NCBI RefSeq assembly: GCF_036365525.1
Contig: NC_090380.1
Coordinates: 84,391,658 to 84,455,657 of the forward strand
Length of the DNA stretch: 64,000 nt
Direction of reading: 5' to 3'
From: Heterodontus francisci
Lineage: Eukaryota
Below are positions 25,239 to 37,445 of the stretch, one piece after another (positions within the stretch are counted from its first letter, which is position 1; each line of letters starts with the position of its first letter). The notes below the pieces were generated by a model. It was not told the DNA's origin and did not search any database. It saw only the letters and a list, made by a program, of their open reading frames with translations. Made by a program: the position numbers and the translations under genes.

Positions 25239-26423
25239 TGTCGCACCAGCTTTCTGGCCATTTTTATGAATCATATTTTAAATCCAAAATCCAATAAGAA
25301 CTGTACTGCTTGGCAAGTTTATGGAAGTGGCTTAGGGAATAGGATTGACTGGCAGGAGTTTCAAGCCAGGCTAACCTGACTAACGTGCATTCATATGCAA
25401 ACAGAGATTTCACACTGACAGGCTGGGTGGAAGGGAACCTAGGCCGATTGACATCATCACCATCTAACATGATAACTTGGAACAATACCCTGAGAGGTAA
25501 CTCAATAAAGCACAGGCACGACTCAGTCCCACCCGAATCTGGTGGAAGGCAGGAGATGGCTGGGTCATTGTCTTCCAGGAAATAAGCCAGTTAAGCAAGA
25601 TCAGTTTGAGATTGAAACCCATTAACTGCTAATGGGGGCTGTCAACTCAGGAAACGACAGACATCCAGTAATCAGCACTTTGTCTCTCTAGGTGCCAGGC
25701 CTGGGAGCGGGAAAACAAAATATCATTTTTCACAAAGATTTCAAAGGTTATGACTCACTCCAGGCCACAGTGGGAGGGTTCAGACAGATCACCTGAGTCA
25801 ATACATCGATCAGTATTGGCTGGAGAAAAGGTGATGGCTTTTGGATATATATGGAGCCAGTGCTGGCTCTTCGCTCTTCTTGCGAGTCTACAGCGAGTCT
25901 CCCGAGTGGGGCTCAGCTTGATTCAACAGAACACCTCCAGAAGCTGTGCACTGCTCTTCATCCCTCATCAACAGACCTCGACTCAAACTGGAACTTGGAT
26001 ATTGCGTCAGTGGTATGGAACCAGGAGTGAGATATACAGGAAGAGGCTACAAGCAAGACAATGGACAATCGGGGTGAGTATATTGCCTGCGCCCACACAT
26101 CCACAAGACACATAGCTGTGTGAGGGGGTGATTGTAAGTCCCAACCAAACATAAGAGGGTTTTAGTGCTGGCGGTCCTGTGTTAGTTTATTTTAGGGGAG
26201 GGTTCTTTTATTAGGCTGTGGTAATTTAGCACGGTAGGGCTTGTAGGACAAGCCAGGGTTGTACTGTTTTGTACTGTTTATGAGTGTTATTGTTAATCTT
26301 ATTAAACACAATACGGTTCAGCCCGAAAATGTGGGTCCTAGTCTGATCTGTCCATATAATCCCTATTGTCCAGCACTTGTAGCAAGAGGTGTGTTTTCGG
26401 TATGCCGGAGAAAACCACTTACA
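25239..26423 (+). mobile_element. Solo LTR (1185 bp)
   Basis: TG...CA ends, 4-bp TSD TAGT; removal restores the CR1 frame; TATA-like GATATATAT near 25845 and ATTAAA near 26301. Confidence 0.85.
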
Positions 26424-26853
26424 TAGTGCGGTGGATGTGGTCTATATGGATTTTAGTAAAGCATTTGACAAGGTCCCGCATAGCAGACTGGTCAGTAAAA
26501 TGAAAGCCCATGGGATACAGGGGAATGTGGCAGGTTGGATCTAAAATTGGCTCAGTGACAGGAAGCAAAGGGTAGTAGTTGACGGATGTTTTTGTGAATG
26601 GAAAGCTGTTTCCAGTGGCGTTCCACAGGGCTCAATGTTGGGTCCCTTGCTGGTTGTGGTATATATTAATGATTTCGACTTAAATGTGGGAGACATGATT
26701 GGGAAATTTGTGATGACACAAAAATTGGTCATGTAGCTGATAGTGACGAGGATGGCTGTAGACTCCCGAATGATATCAATGGTTTGGTTGAGTAGGCGGA
26801 AAAGTGGCAAATGGAATTCAATCCGGAGAAGCGTGAGGTAATGCACTTAGGGA

Positions 26854-29315
26854 TAAAGCCTGGCTACCCAACCCGAACCCGACCAAGCCCAGCTATATGT
26901 GTTGGGTTCGGGTCAGGTCGGGTCTACATTCTGTGTCCAACATTCGGGCTGGGGTCGGGTTGGGTCGGGCTGGACTGTACTGTTTAGATTTGGCAGTCTT
27001 GGTGCCACTTGTCATGTCCGCTTATGTGAAAACATCAATATAAATACATATTATGTATTAAAACTTAAGTGTGACATTTTTCAACCAAACTTTTCACTGT
27101 TATGATTAAAAAAAAATTTAAAATGTGGGAACACGTTTTATTTTTCCAGACTGCTTTTAAGTCTGGAAATTTTTGTGAATTACATTTCTAAGGCAATTGT
27201 ATTTAAAATGATTTTAGAGTATAAAATTCAGTAACACAATTTAGAGGCTGCCTTCTCTGCCCAACGGAAACCCAGGAGTAGATTATAAGGTCCATTCATA
27301 TTTCAGTTATAGTGGCTGCCAAAATGGTATGAAATTTACTGGATAATTTGAGTAACAGTCATGTGAGTTAAAACTAGCCTCTAAAGGAATACTAATGTCT
27401 CATTTTATACATAACACATGATTAAAATATAATTTATGAACTTGTTTGTTCTAACATTGCAAGTACAGATTTGGAAAAATAACTGTAGTGCCCTGCCCAC
27501 ACCACCCTGGTTGTAAGAATGTTGATGATTTATCTTAACTTTAAAAAAACAAACATTTTCAAGAATTAGATCTACCCGGTTATTGAAAGAGGACAAAATA
27601 ATTTGTCTACCACGAATTCCATGATGGGATTGTTCATGTAGAAAGTCATGTTGTAGCTGTTGTGTGATGTACATCTGGAAAGCTCCCACATTATGTTTGA
27701 AAACGAGTGCCATTGATCACATCAATCAATCTTGCGGACAAAATCCACTAGGAATTATGAGATAAGCCAAAACACAGGATCCAATTTACTTAATTCTCAT
27801 TACTGAATGGGTAAGAGACTAACTTATACTCAAGTTATCTTAGTTTTGATAACCCAGTGTTTCAAATGCAAATATTAAAAATGAAAATGTATAGAACCAA
27901 TATTTATTGTATGTAGTCTAGACGTTGTGCACACTGTTTTTTTCGTATATATGGGGTGGAGGGGGTCGGTGTTGAATAATCACCACTGGCCATCCAAGTA
28001 TAAATTCTAAATCTTCCACAGTAATTAATTAAAACACCCTGGCATATTAATCTGCTGTTACAGTCTATATTAGCTTGTGTTCTTGAATGAAGTATTCCTC
28101 TGATTCCAAAGGGCTGGTGTTCTGTTCCATGGGAGTGAATAGAGAGTTGGCTATCTCTAGAAACTTCGGTTCATGTCAATACCATTTTCAACACAATAAA
28201 CAGTGTAGCATTATTAATGCAACATTTTCCCATCAAATGTAGATAATTTCAAACAAGCTATAATGGCTGTAGAATTAATGTTGCTTGATTTTCAAAAGCA
28301 AGCCTTTGCCTCATTACTTGCTAACTGATTGGTTCACAGTAGCAGACAAGTAACGTTGCAGAGAGAAACCCATCTATGAGCTTAACTAAAAAAAAGTATA
28401 TCAAACCACATACGCATAGGAATAGACAGGTGGTTCGTTTCCCAGAGAATGTAGCGCCTCTAGAATACATTGTCAGCTGGTGAGGTGGGTGCTGACTTTC
28501 TCAACGGCTTCAAGAGGGAGCTCAATCAGTTCCTGACTGTGAGAAAGACTGCGTCATATAGAAGGCAAGTTTCTTTATAGGTAACACGTGGTCCATGTAA
28601 TCTCCTGGACAGGTTTTTGACTGTCAGGGCAGCAGGACATTGGAGAGGAAATTTACTGAGTTTTTCCCCCCACATTGGCCCAGGGTTTTTATGTTTTCTT
28701 GCCACTCCTAGTAGAGTTATATGCGCGTTAGGGAGAGGGAAGAAGTGTTTAGCCATGATGGTCCAGCTATCTTGGTGTGGGGCCATCTTGATGGGACAGC
28801 TAATCTTCCCGCATCATTTCCATAAGTTTGTAAGCTGGAAATTTCCCTCTATATTCACTCAAATTGTACAGGGACCTGAATGCAACAAATGCTACAAGTA
28901 CCTCCTTCTTCAATATTGTAGACGAAGAAGTAAGTAGCAGAGGATCTAAAACAGACATAAGTTGGTTATGCTCTCTGACAGCACCATGTCTGGGTTCCTG
29001 AACTGTCTGCTAATGCAACAGTCACACTTGTTGACTTATCTGGTCTACTTTAGGCACCCTCGCAGAGTTTGGGAACACTCTGACACAGTACTACTGATGT
29101 AAATTCCCAATTGCACTACTATTTGCCATTCCCATTAGCTGGTGGTATTGTTTTATTTTCAATCTACAATTTTTTTCGGTTCCAATAAAATGTTTGATAT
29201 TTTCAGGTTGGGCATGAAAAGAAATTAAAGGACTTGAGCCCGGGTCGGGTTTGGGTTGGCTGTTATCAGGTTGGGCCCAGGTTATGTTTTAATTTTATAC
29301 TCGAGCCAGGCTTTA
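26854..29315. mobile_element. hAT-type non-autonomous DNA transposon (2462 bp)
   Basis: Perfect 12-bp TIR TAAAGCCTGGCT, 8-bp TSD CTTAGGGA/CTTGGGGA, subterminal ACCCGA/TCGGGT repeats; no transposase seen. Confidence 0.88.
28400..28835 (+). mobile_element. Old CR1 3' relic inside the hAT element
   Basis: Degenerate F.QR.V..WN.L...NGFKRELNQFL followed by a long 3'UTR. Confidence 0.6.
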
Positions 29316-30287
29316 CTTGGGGAGGGTAAATAAAATGAAGGAATACACAATAAACGGGAGGATATTGAGAAGGGTAGAAGAAGTGAGAGACTTTGAAGTG
29401 CTTATCCACAGGTCCCTGAAGGTGGCAGGACAGGTAGAAAAAGTGGTGAAGAAGGCATATGGAATGCTTTCCTTTATTGGCCGAGATATAGAATACAAAA
29501 GCAGGGATGTAATGCTAGAACTGTATAAAATGCTGGTTCAGCCACAGTTGGAGTATTGCGTACAGTTCTGGTCGCCACATTACAGGAAGGGCATAGTTGC
29601 TCTGGAGAGAATGCAGAAGAGATTTACAAGAATGTTGCCAAGGCTTGGAAGTTGCAGCTATGAAGAAAGATTGGATTGGCTAGGGTTGTTTTCCTTAGAA
29701 CAGAGGAGGCTGAGGGGTAACTTAATTGAGGTGTACAAAATTATGAGAGGCCTAGATAGAGTCGACAGGAAGGACCTGTTTCCCTTATCAGAGAGGTCAA
29801 TTACCAGGGGACACAGATTTAAGGTGATCAGCAGAAGGATTAGAGGGGACATGAGTAAAAGCCTTTTCAGCAAGAGGGTGGTGAGTGTCTGGAATTCACT
29901 GCCAGGAACGGTGGTGGAGGCAGAAACCCTCAATTCTTTTAAAAGGTACCTTGACATGCACCTGAAGTGCTGTAACCTGCAAGGCTATGGACCAGGTGCT
30001 GGAAGGTGGAATTAGATTGGGCAGCTAGTTTTCAGCCAGCACAGACATGATGGGCTGAATGGCCTCCTTCTGCGCTGTAATTTTTCTATGGTTCTGTGGC
30101 ATTGCGAGCCGATTGCCTATCAGGGAGTGGAAGCAGGCAGGCTTGGTTGATTGCAACAGCCAGGGCTTCTTGGCATGCTGTTTAGTGATCTCTCTACCAA
30201 AATGGGCTGGAAGTGGCTGCGCAGTCATTAAGATCACACAACTGGAAGCCGCCACCAGAAAGCCAGGGCTTTGGTCTCTGGCAGAAG

Positions 30288-31102
30288 GTAACAACAACCT
30301 ACACCTTTATAGCACCTTTGACATAATAAAACTGGAGGATTACAAAGCAAACTTTGATACCAAGCCACATAAGGACATATTGGAGCAAACAGCCAAAAGC
30401 TTGGTCAAAGCAGTAAATTTTAAGAGTGTCTTAAAGAAGGAAAGAGAGGTAGAGAGGCGGAAAGGTTGAGTGAGGAAATTCCACAGCTCAGAGCCTAGGC
30501 ACCTGAAGACCTGACCATTAATGGTGGAGAAATTAAAATCAGGGATGCTCAAGAGGCCAGAATTAGAGGACCGGAGATATTTTGGAGGTTTGTGGGATAG
30601 AAGGAGACAGGGAGGGGCGAGGCTGTGGAGGGAATTGAAAACAAGGATGAGAATTTTATTTAACTGGAAGCCAATGTGAGTCAGCAGACACAGGGGTGAT
30701 GGGTGAACGGTACTTGCTGCAAGTTAGGACACAGCCAGCAGAGTTTTAGATGACCTCAAGTTTATGGAGGGTAGAACATGGGAGACCAGCCAGGAGTGCA
30801 TTGGAATAGTCAAGTTTAAAGGTAACAAAGGCATAGATGAGGGTTTCAGCAGCAGATGAGTTGAGGTAAGGGCGGAGTCGGGTGATGTTACGGAGGTGGA
30901 AATAGGTGGTCTTGGTGATGGCGCCAATATGTGATTGGAAGCTTATCTTAAGATCAAATGCAACACCAAGGTTGTCAACAGTCTGGTTCAGCATCAGATA
31001 GTTACCCGGGAGAGGAGGCTAGAGAATGGAGCTTGTCGTTGGGACCAAAGGCAATGGCTTCAGTATTCCCATTATAATTGGAGCAAATTTCTGCTCATCC
31101 AG
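30288..31102 (-). mobile_element. L2 LINE 3' fragment
   Basis: LGVAFD..ISFQSHI...YFHLRNITRLRPYL...LIYAFVTFKLDYSNALLAGLP. Confidence 0.88.
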
Positions 31103-31651
31103 TGAGGAGAAACCATTTGAGGGAGTAGGGAGGAAGCCTGGGGCAGGGGAGTTCATCACTGCTCCCCACTTAGGCCTCAGGTTAAAATGGCTGATCAGGC
31201 CCCAATGAAGTAATTGAGTTTGATCTGCCTATTTAAAGATGAATCTGCCAGCTTGGGACAGCAATCTTTGCTGCCTGAAATTTAAGATTAAAGTTGGCCA
31301 GATTGGGCCAGGAAAGGAATGGGTAAGTCCCTCGCTCCCTTTTAACTGCCTATCTGCTTGGTTTCTAACCAAATACTTTGTTTCCTACCTTTTACTAACA
31401 TTTGCAGGAGTTTGAATATCATGATCTCTGCTCATCTGCATGCCTGCTTTTGCACTTCAGCTACTGGTGCTTTCCAGTCAATACTGAGTTACTTATTAGG
31501 CATAGCTTGCTGGAGAAGAAAACGTTCAAGAACATACCGTACAATAGTCGAGAAGCTAAGGGAATAACTAAATTTGAACTCCAATAATATAATGAAGATT
31601 GACACAACTTCGAATTGGGAACACAGGGCCAAGCTTAAACAGAGGGATAGT

Positions 31652-32035
31652 TTAGAAACATTGAAACATAGAAAATAGGAGCAGGAGTAGGCCATTTGGC
31701 CCTTCCAGCCTGCTCCGCCATTCATTATGATCATGGCTGATGTCCAACTCAGTAACCTGTTCTGGCTTTCGGCCCCATATCCTTTGATCCCTTTTGCCCC
31801 AAGAGCTATATCTAACTCCTTCTTGAAAACATGCAATGTTTTGGCCTCAACTATTTTCTGTGGTAGCAAATTCCACAGGTTCACTACTCTCTGGGTGAAG
31901 AAATTTCTCCTCATCTCAGTCCTGAAAGGTTTATCCCGTATCCTTAGACTATGACATCTGGTTCCGGATTCCCCCACCATCGGGAACATCTTTCCTGCAT
32001 CTACCCTGTCAAGTCCTGTTAGAATTTTATAGGTT
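31652..32035 (-). mobile_element. CR1 3' fragment
   Basis: RRNFFTQRVVNLWNLLP...GIKGYG; GAAACATA-type tail. Confidence 0.9.
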
Positions 32036-32132
32036 TAGATGTCACTGTTCTACACAAAGGGTGAGCTTGGTCGATTCGTTCTGTTTATAAATCGCACTAA
32101 AATTTGCACTAAGCAAACCCGGGGACAGTCAC

Positions 32133-32170
32133 CTCATCGGAGTTTGCTGACAAGTTTTCGCAACGTATTC
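32133..32170 (-). other. Candidate 38-nt 5'UTR exon of the NXPE3-like gene
   Basis: tttgctttcatgttggtgtag| ... GATGAG|gtgact in unique sequence; splice signals only. Confidence 0.3.
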
Positions 32171-32474
32171 CTACACCAACATGAAAGCAAATAAGCAGCC
32201 AGAGCAGGAAACATTCTGTTATCAAGCTGCAACTATCGGTTCTCTTTTTTAAACTTTTCAAACAGCAAATATCTTTAAAAAGAGTTTAAAATACACATAA
32301 CCGTAACAGGACAGCATTTCACTCCTGACTATTTAGCCTTGCTCTTTCAGTCAACCATCGCTAAAGCTGAAAATATCAATAGTATTTGTTTGGTAAAGTT
32401 ACTCTCATCGATCAACATTATTAATTTAGTACAAACACACATGCGAATACGGTTCTCAATATTAACCAACTTAC

Positions 32475-33100
32475 ATTTTCTTAATAATCAGCTGCTCTGT
32501 TTTCACCAGCGCCACGCGTCTCAAAAATGTCTGTCCACAAACACCATGTTGCTTTTATCTCATATCAATTTTGGACGTAATTGCTGCAACATCTCCTTCT
32601 GTTTTCCTGAAAGTTATTGTTATTTGTTAAGAAGAATTGTTTTCTTTCCAATTTTATTTCTCCGTTGTTTTCTTGCGTTCCTCCCAACTTTAACTGCAGC
32701 ATGCCCCCAAATGATTGATTTAAAGTATCTGCTTACTATTTCTCCGTCTTCCAGGGTACATGTTCGGGTCCCTGCTTATTATGTTCTAACCACTCATTCG
32801 AATCATGGAACTGGTTATTCTAAACGGAGAAGTATAAGCCTCCGAAATTAAAAGAAAAAACACAAAGAAATCGAAACTGTTAACGGAAGTTTCACACACA
32901 CAGCCACAATCTCCTTTTCTAACTTTAAAAACTCTAATGGTAGAAACTTTGGACAGATTAATCTTTCTTCGCAGCTACCTTCCTCATTGCTGCCATGCAG
33001 TACGGCCAGGAAATTTCTCCTGTCTTCTTGAACTGTGAATACTTCCAAGCCAACGCTAGCCCCAGGAAGAGTGCCAGTATGAGCTGCAGACCAATTACAT
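32475..33100 (-). promoter_or_regulatory. Candidate promoter/first exon with ISRE (32867-32878) and ETS site
   Basis: TE-free, CpG-retaining stretch; minus-strand AGTTTCGATTTC = ISRE consensus; CGGAAGT adjacent; donor AAT|gtaagt at 32475/32474. Confidence 0.4.
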
Positions 33101-33531
33101 TGAAACAGCAGTGCCTAAAGTCAAGGCTGTGGGTACATTATGTGTTGGATGCACATTTTTACATTACTGCCCAAAGTCAAATTTGCCCCCAATGGGCTGA
33201 ATTTTACCGGCCCTTCGATGCCGCAGGTCGCGGCGCGGAGGCCCGTAAAATGCTGCGGGGAGAGGCCTGCCACAGCCCATGATGTCGAGAAGGGCCCACT
33301 GCACATTACCGGCGGCGGCGGGACCTCGGTGCGGCGCCCCCCACCCCCGACCGCACCACAATTAGCATATGTAATTATGCTGATTATGCAATGCAGCCCA
33401 CTGCCTCTCCACTGACACTTCCAGATTTTTCGATAAACAGGCGGCCGTCACGTGCCGGCCGGTACACGATTTGAAAAACCGCGGGTCCTCGGAGGCAGAA
33501 GTTGTCGCCAGCAAAAGTAAGTTCTGTTATT

Positions 33532-33660
33532 CAGGGGTCTCACTCTGCATTACAGAAGGAATGAGGGAGGGGGATACACAGGGGTCTCACTCTGCATTTT
33601 GGAAGGGAGGAGGGAGGGGGATACACAGGGGTCTCACTCTGCATTCTTAAAGGGAGGGTG
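33532..33660. repeat. About 45-bp tandem repeat x3 inside Harbinger
   Basis: CAGGGGTCTCACTCTGCATT...GGGAGGGGGATACA repeated. Confidence 0.8.
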
Positions 33661-34099
33661 TCTGGGATTACTGGAGGGAAAGCTGTGCTGGCATGAAAGG
33701 AGGTACTGTGTACCATCCCTCCGTTAACAGTGTACGCTCTGTGTTTGTGAGGGGCAATGGCACACTAGGCACCGTGTGTGGGGAGGGTGCCAGAAAGGAC
33801 ATGAGCATTAAGATGTTATGGAAGGTGGGGGCAATCGATTCAGCTGGTAGGATCTTGATGTGATCATGTTGTGCCACTCTGAGTGTTGGCCAAGATGGGC
33901 AATGCCAAGGCACGCCACATAGTTGATCCAGGAAAACAGCTGATGTACCCATCAACACTAATCCATGTCCTGTTGGGAACCTTCGAATACATGCAGGGTT
34001 CAACTTTTTTTATCACGTGAAAATAGGTATGGCTCATCCTACATTGTGTGATCCTCTGCATGTGAGGATCCGTATGCACCAGAGGCAAAATCAACAGAC

Positions 34100-35115
34100 A
34101 GGTGCGGTCCACATAGAGGGCCCCGGTCATGAGCAGCAGCTCCCGAGGGGAGGTCGCCATTACATTTGCCGTGCATCTACATGCCCCACATGACATGCCA
34201 TCAGATGTCAGAACACCAGTGTCAGAGGTGATTGCGCATTTAGAGAGGGTGGTGACACGTCTCAGTGCCCTGCTCAAGGATAACCTGCAGCCCATGGGCT
34301 CCAGTGGACATCCCATGCCTTTATTCCTCATAGTGGTAGCGGTTCTCAAGCCTGATGCCTCTGCAGCCTTTTAGGGACCGCCAGAGACCTTTGTGGGGTC
34401 ACACAGTCAGCAGTGCACCGCTGCATCGGGAAGGTTACCAATGCCCTGCACCGGAGGGCCAGTGAGTATGTCCGCTTCAGGATGGACTCTCATAGCCAGG
34501 CCCAGAGGGCCATTGGTTCTGGCATCATTGCTGGAGAACCAAAGGTTGTAATTTTCATAGACTGCACACATGTGGCCATCAGGCCTACTGCCAGGTTACC
34601 ACCTGCAGATGTCACCATTAAAGCAGCCCTCTCAATCTAGGTGAAGCTGGTATGTGAACACCGCAGATGCTTGCAGCAAATGTGTGACCGCTTCTCAGGC
34701 AACTGCCATGACACCTGGGTCTTGCACCAGTCCTGGCTGCCACCGCTGTTCACTGAACCAGCTCAGATGGAGGGGTGGCATTTTGGAGAAAAGGGCTATC
34801 CTTTGCAGACATGGCTCCCGACACCGGTGAGAGACTCCACCACTGCTGCAGAGGATACATCGCCAGCCACTGAGCTACATGAGCCACCATTGAGCAGGAG
34901 ATTGGTATGCTGAAAGAGTGCCTCCAATGCCTGGATGGATAGGGTGATGCCCTGCACTACGGGCCGAAAAGGCCAGCTGCTTTCTTTGCTGCTCTTCACA
35001 ACTACGCACCCAATAGGGGCCAGGCCTGGCATGATGAGCAGAGACGTCAACAGGATTTCTCCTCGGACTATGAGGACGCTGAGGACCCACAACATGAAAG
35101 ACGCATGGGAGGGCT
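34100..35115 (+). pseudogene. Harbinger DDE transposase pseudogene
   Basis: [29 protein letters not shown] across frameshifts. Confidence 0.85.
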
Positions 35116-35719
35116 GATGGCACCCAGGCTCTGCATGCAGGGCTAGCGGTGAGGTAGGGATGTATGTAAGTGGCTTATCAGACAAAGGCTCTCTGCGCCA
35201 TGGGAACCGACATGAGCTCTGCAAGCCACACATCACCCTCGCTCACCTGCTGTGCATCCCTGTGTAAACCATTCGAGGCAGAAGCTGACTGAGCCAATGT
35301 CCATGTCACTGCATCCGTGGAGACGCTCATGAGTAATGGTGGCATGACAATGATGTTATTGCATACATTGGCTCTCCTGAAGGGCCAACGGTGCAAAGGG
35401 ATGCATCATTGGCACTACAGGCTGGCACACATCATTCACACAGAGAAAAGGACACACATGTTGGTGAGGAACATTTAGTGAAAGACGTATTTACATTGTT
35501 ATGACACCCGTGTATTTCCATTTGTTTCAGTGTTTTCTCTGTAAACCTCTGTAATACCTTTTATGGTCTATTTAAGTCTCACGTCCTGGAATGTGCAAAT
35601 GTACGATTATTCACCCAGGTGTGGTATGCCTACAAGAAGGAATGTTACACTTGAGTGGGAGAAGAGGATCGCAACTTCACAGGACACTGGGACACAGCAG
35701 GGTAGGCATGTGGCAGCAA

Positions 35720-35850
35720 AGTGGAATGTGCTGGGGTCACTCAGCAGGTCAGGCAGCATCTGTGGAGAGAGAAGCAGAGTTAACTTTCTGGTCTGTGAAC
35801 TTGGACAAGTTAACTCTGCTTCTCTCTCCACAGATTCTGCCTGACCTGCT
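35720..35850. mobile_element. Mini palindromic Penelope-end derivative
   Basis: Arms AGCAGGTCAGGCAGCATCTGTGGAGAGAGAAGCAGAGTTAAC and its reverse complement, with a spacer of about 24 nt. Confidence 0.8.
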
Positions 35851-36088
35851 GGATTCCTGCAGACTTTCTGCTTTGCTGCCAGATTGACAGCAGCCCCACT
35901 CTTCAGGTAAGTATTCTTTGACAGCTGTCAGGAAGCAGGTGCTGGGGTGCTTAAAATAGGGCCCCAGCACCTGCTGCACAACTGTCAAAAACTCTCGCTG
36001 CGCTGAATATCCCGCCTCTCCCCACGTAATATTGTGGGAGGGGGGGGCGGGAGGCGCGTGTCCTCAATGGAGATGAGCCCCCGCAATA

Positions 36089-36275
36089 ACTTGCAGGTGA
36101 TAGGTAAATTAGCCATTATAAATTGCCCCTAGTGTAGGTAGGTGTTAGGGAATATGGGATTGCTGTAGGGTTAGTATAAATGGGTGGTTCTTGGTCGGCA
36201 CAGACTCAGTGGGCCAAAGGGCCTGTTTCAGTGCTGTATCTCTTAATGAATAATGAATAATGAATAATGAATTAA
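36089..36275 (+). mobile_element. 3' half of a V-SINE (HE1-like) with (TGAATAA)n tail
   Basis: Matches the reverse complement of 52810-52992. Confidence 0.85.
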
Positions 36276-36424
36276 TAATTTGGGGGCTCGGTGGCGACCG
36301 GCGAATGCAGGTGCACCGCTGAGTTCAAAGGGCGGCACCGCAGAGTGCGGCGCCCCAGTAAAATCGAGCCCAGTGTGTCTAGGCTTAAATTGCTAATATC
36401 ATGGAAAAGTGTGAATGTTTAAAA

Positions 36425-36785
36425 AGAAAGATTTCCATTAATACAGTGCCTTTTACAACCTCAGGATGTCCCACAGCACTTTACAGCCAATGAAGTACTT
36501 TTGAAGCGTAGTCACTGTTGTAATGTAGGAAGTGCAGTATCCAATTTGCACACAGGTCCTTTCCACAAACGGGCATTTGATATTGGCCAAATAAATTGTT
36601 TTCTTAGTGATGTTGGCTGTGGGATAAATATTGGCTCGGACATTGGGATAACTCCTTTGTTCTTTGAATAGCACCATGGGATCTTATATGTCTACTGTAG
36701 CAGGCAGACAGGACCTTGATTTGATGTTTCATTCAAGAAATGGCACCTCTGACAGTGCAACACCCCCTCAGTACTGCACAAGCCA
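36425..36785 (-). mobile_element. Old Deu-domain SINE
   Basis: Reverse complement GTGCAGTACTGAGGG...GCACTGTCAGAGGTGCC and tail TACTTCATTGGCTGTAAAG...GGGACATCCTGAGG. Confidence 0.65.
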
Positions 36786-37225
36786 CATGATGTTTTAAAT
36801 TAGAGTTGTTTCGAAGGAATAATAAAATAACTAGGTTGTAACATTTGGCTGTATTTTCCTGGATCGGTGAGGTGTCCCAGAGTTGAATAGTCAGATGCTA
36901 CTCGATGTCTCTCCAAGTGAAATTAATGAACAGTCTATAATGGGTAGGCATTCAAGGTAGTTCATCTGCAGTAGGCATCACACAGATCTTTTAGCAATAG
37001 GTTGTAGCAACAGGGCTGTTTAAATTTTAAAGTAGCAGTCTATCAGCAGACACTTTCTTGAGATTTCAGGAGCTTCCAAAACACAAAAGTCAACAGGACT
37101 TACTCTTAACAAAGGAGGCTTCTCCACAGAGCATAGCAATTATAGAACTCATGCATCAGGCAGGAATCCTTGAAAGAAGGCAACAGCAACTTTGCCATAC
37201 CCAAAACAGACTTCCTTTCTTCAAA

Positions 37226-37445
37226 TAAATAAAAGGAAAATACTGCGGATGCTGGAAATCTGAAATAAAAACAAGAAATGCTGGAAATACTCAGCAGGTC
37301 TGGCAGCATCTGTAGAGAGAGTAGAGTTAACATTTCAGGTCAGTGAAGTTCTGAAGAAGGGTCACTGACCTGAAACGTTAACTCTGCTTCTCTCTCCACA
37401 GATGTTGCCAGACCTGCCGAGTATTTCCAGCATTTCTTGTTTACA
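37226..37445. mobile_element. 220-bp palindromic Penelope-end insertion with hammerhead, inside the LTR
   Basis: TSD TTCCTTTCTTCAAA at 37212-37225 and 37446-37459; absent from the sister LTR near 46165; arms about 37269-37346 / 37362-37443. Confidence 0.92.
37347..37384 (+). ncRNA. Minimal hammerhead ribozyme motif
   Basis: AGTT-CTGAAGA-aggGTCACTGACCt-GAAA-CGTT-AACT. Confidence 0.65.

Larger units (their letters stand above)
24895..30090 (+). mobile_element. CR1 LINE split into three pieces (24895-25238, 26424-26853, 29316-30090)
   Basis: Peptide continuity IDEGS|AVDVVYMDFSKAFD and CEVMHLG|RVNK across the two insertions. Confidence 0.9.
33194..36371 (+). mobile_element. PIF/Harbinger transposon, decayed
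   Basis: TIRs GGGCTGAATTTTAC...GTAAAATCGAGCCC, 3-bp flanks aat/agt; contains a transposase relic. Confidence 0.85.

Noticed and set aside
27405-27713. hAT transposase remnant
   Set aside because: No BED finger, DDE or dimerisation motifs recognisable in the frames I checked
32339-32851. 170-aa plus-strand ORF
   Set aside because: Non-ATG start, low-complexity composition, no recognisable domain
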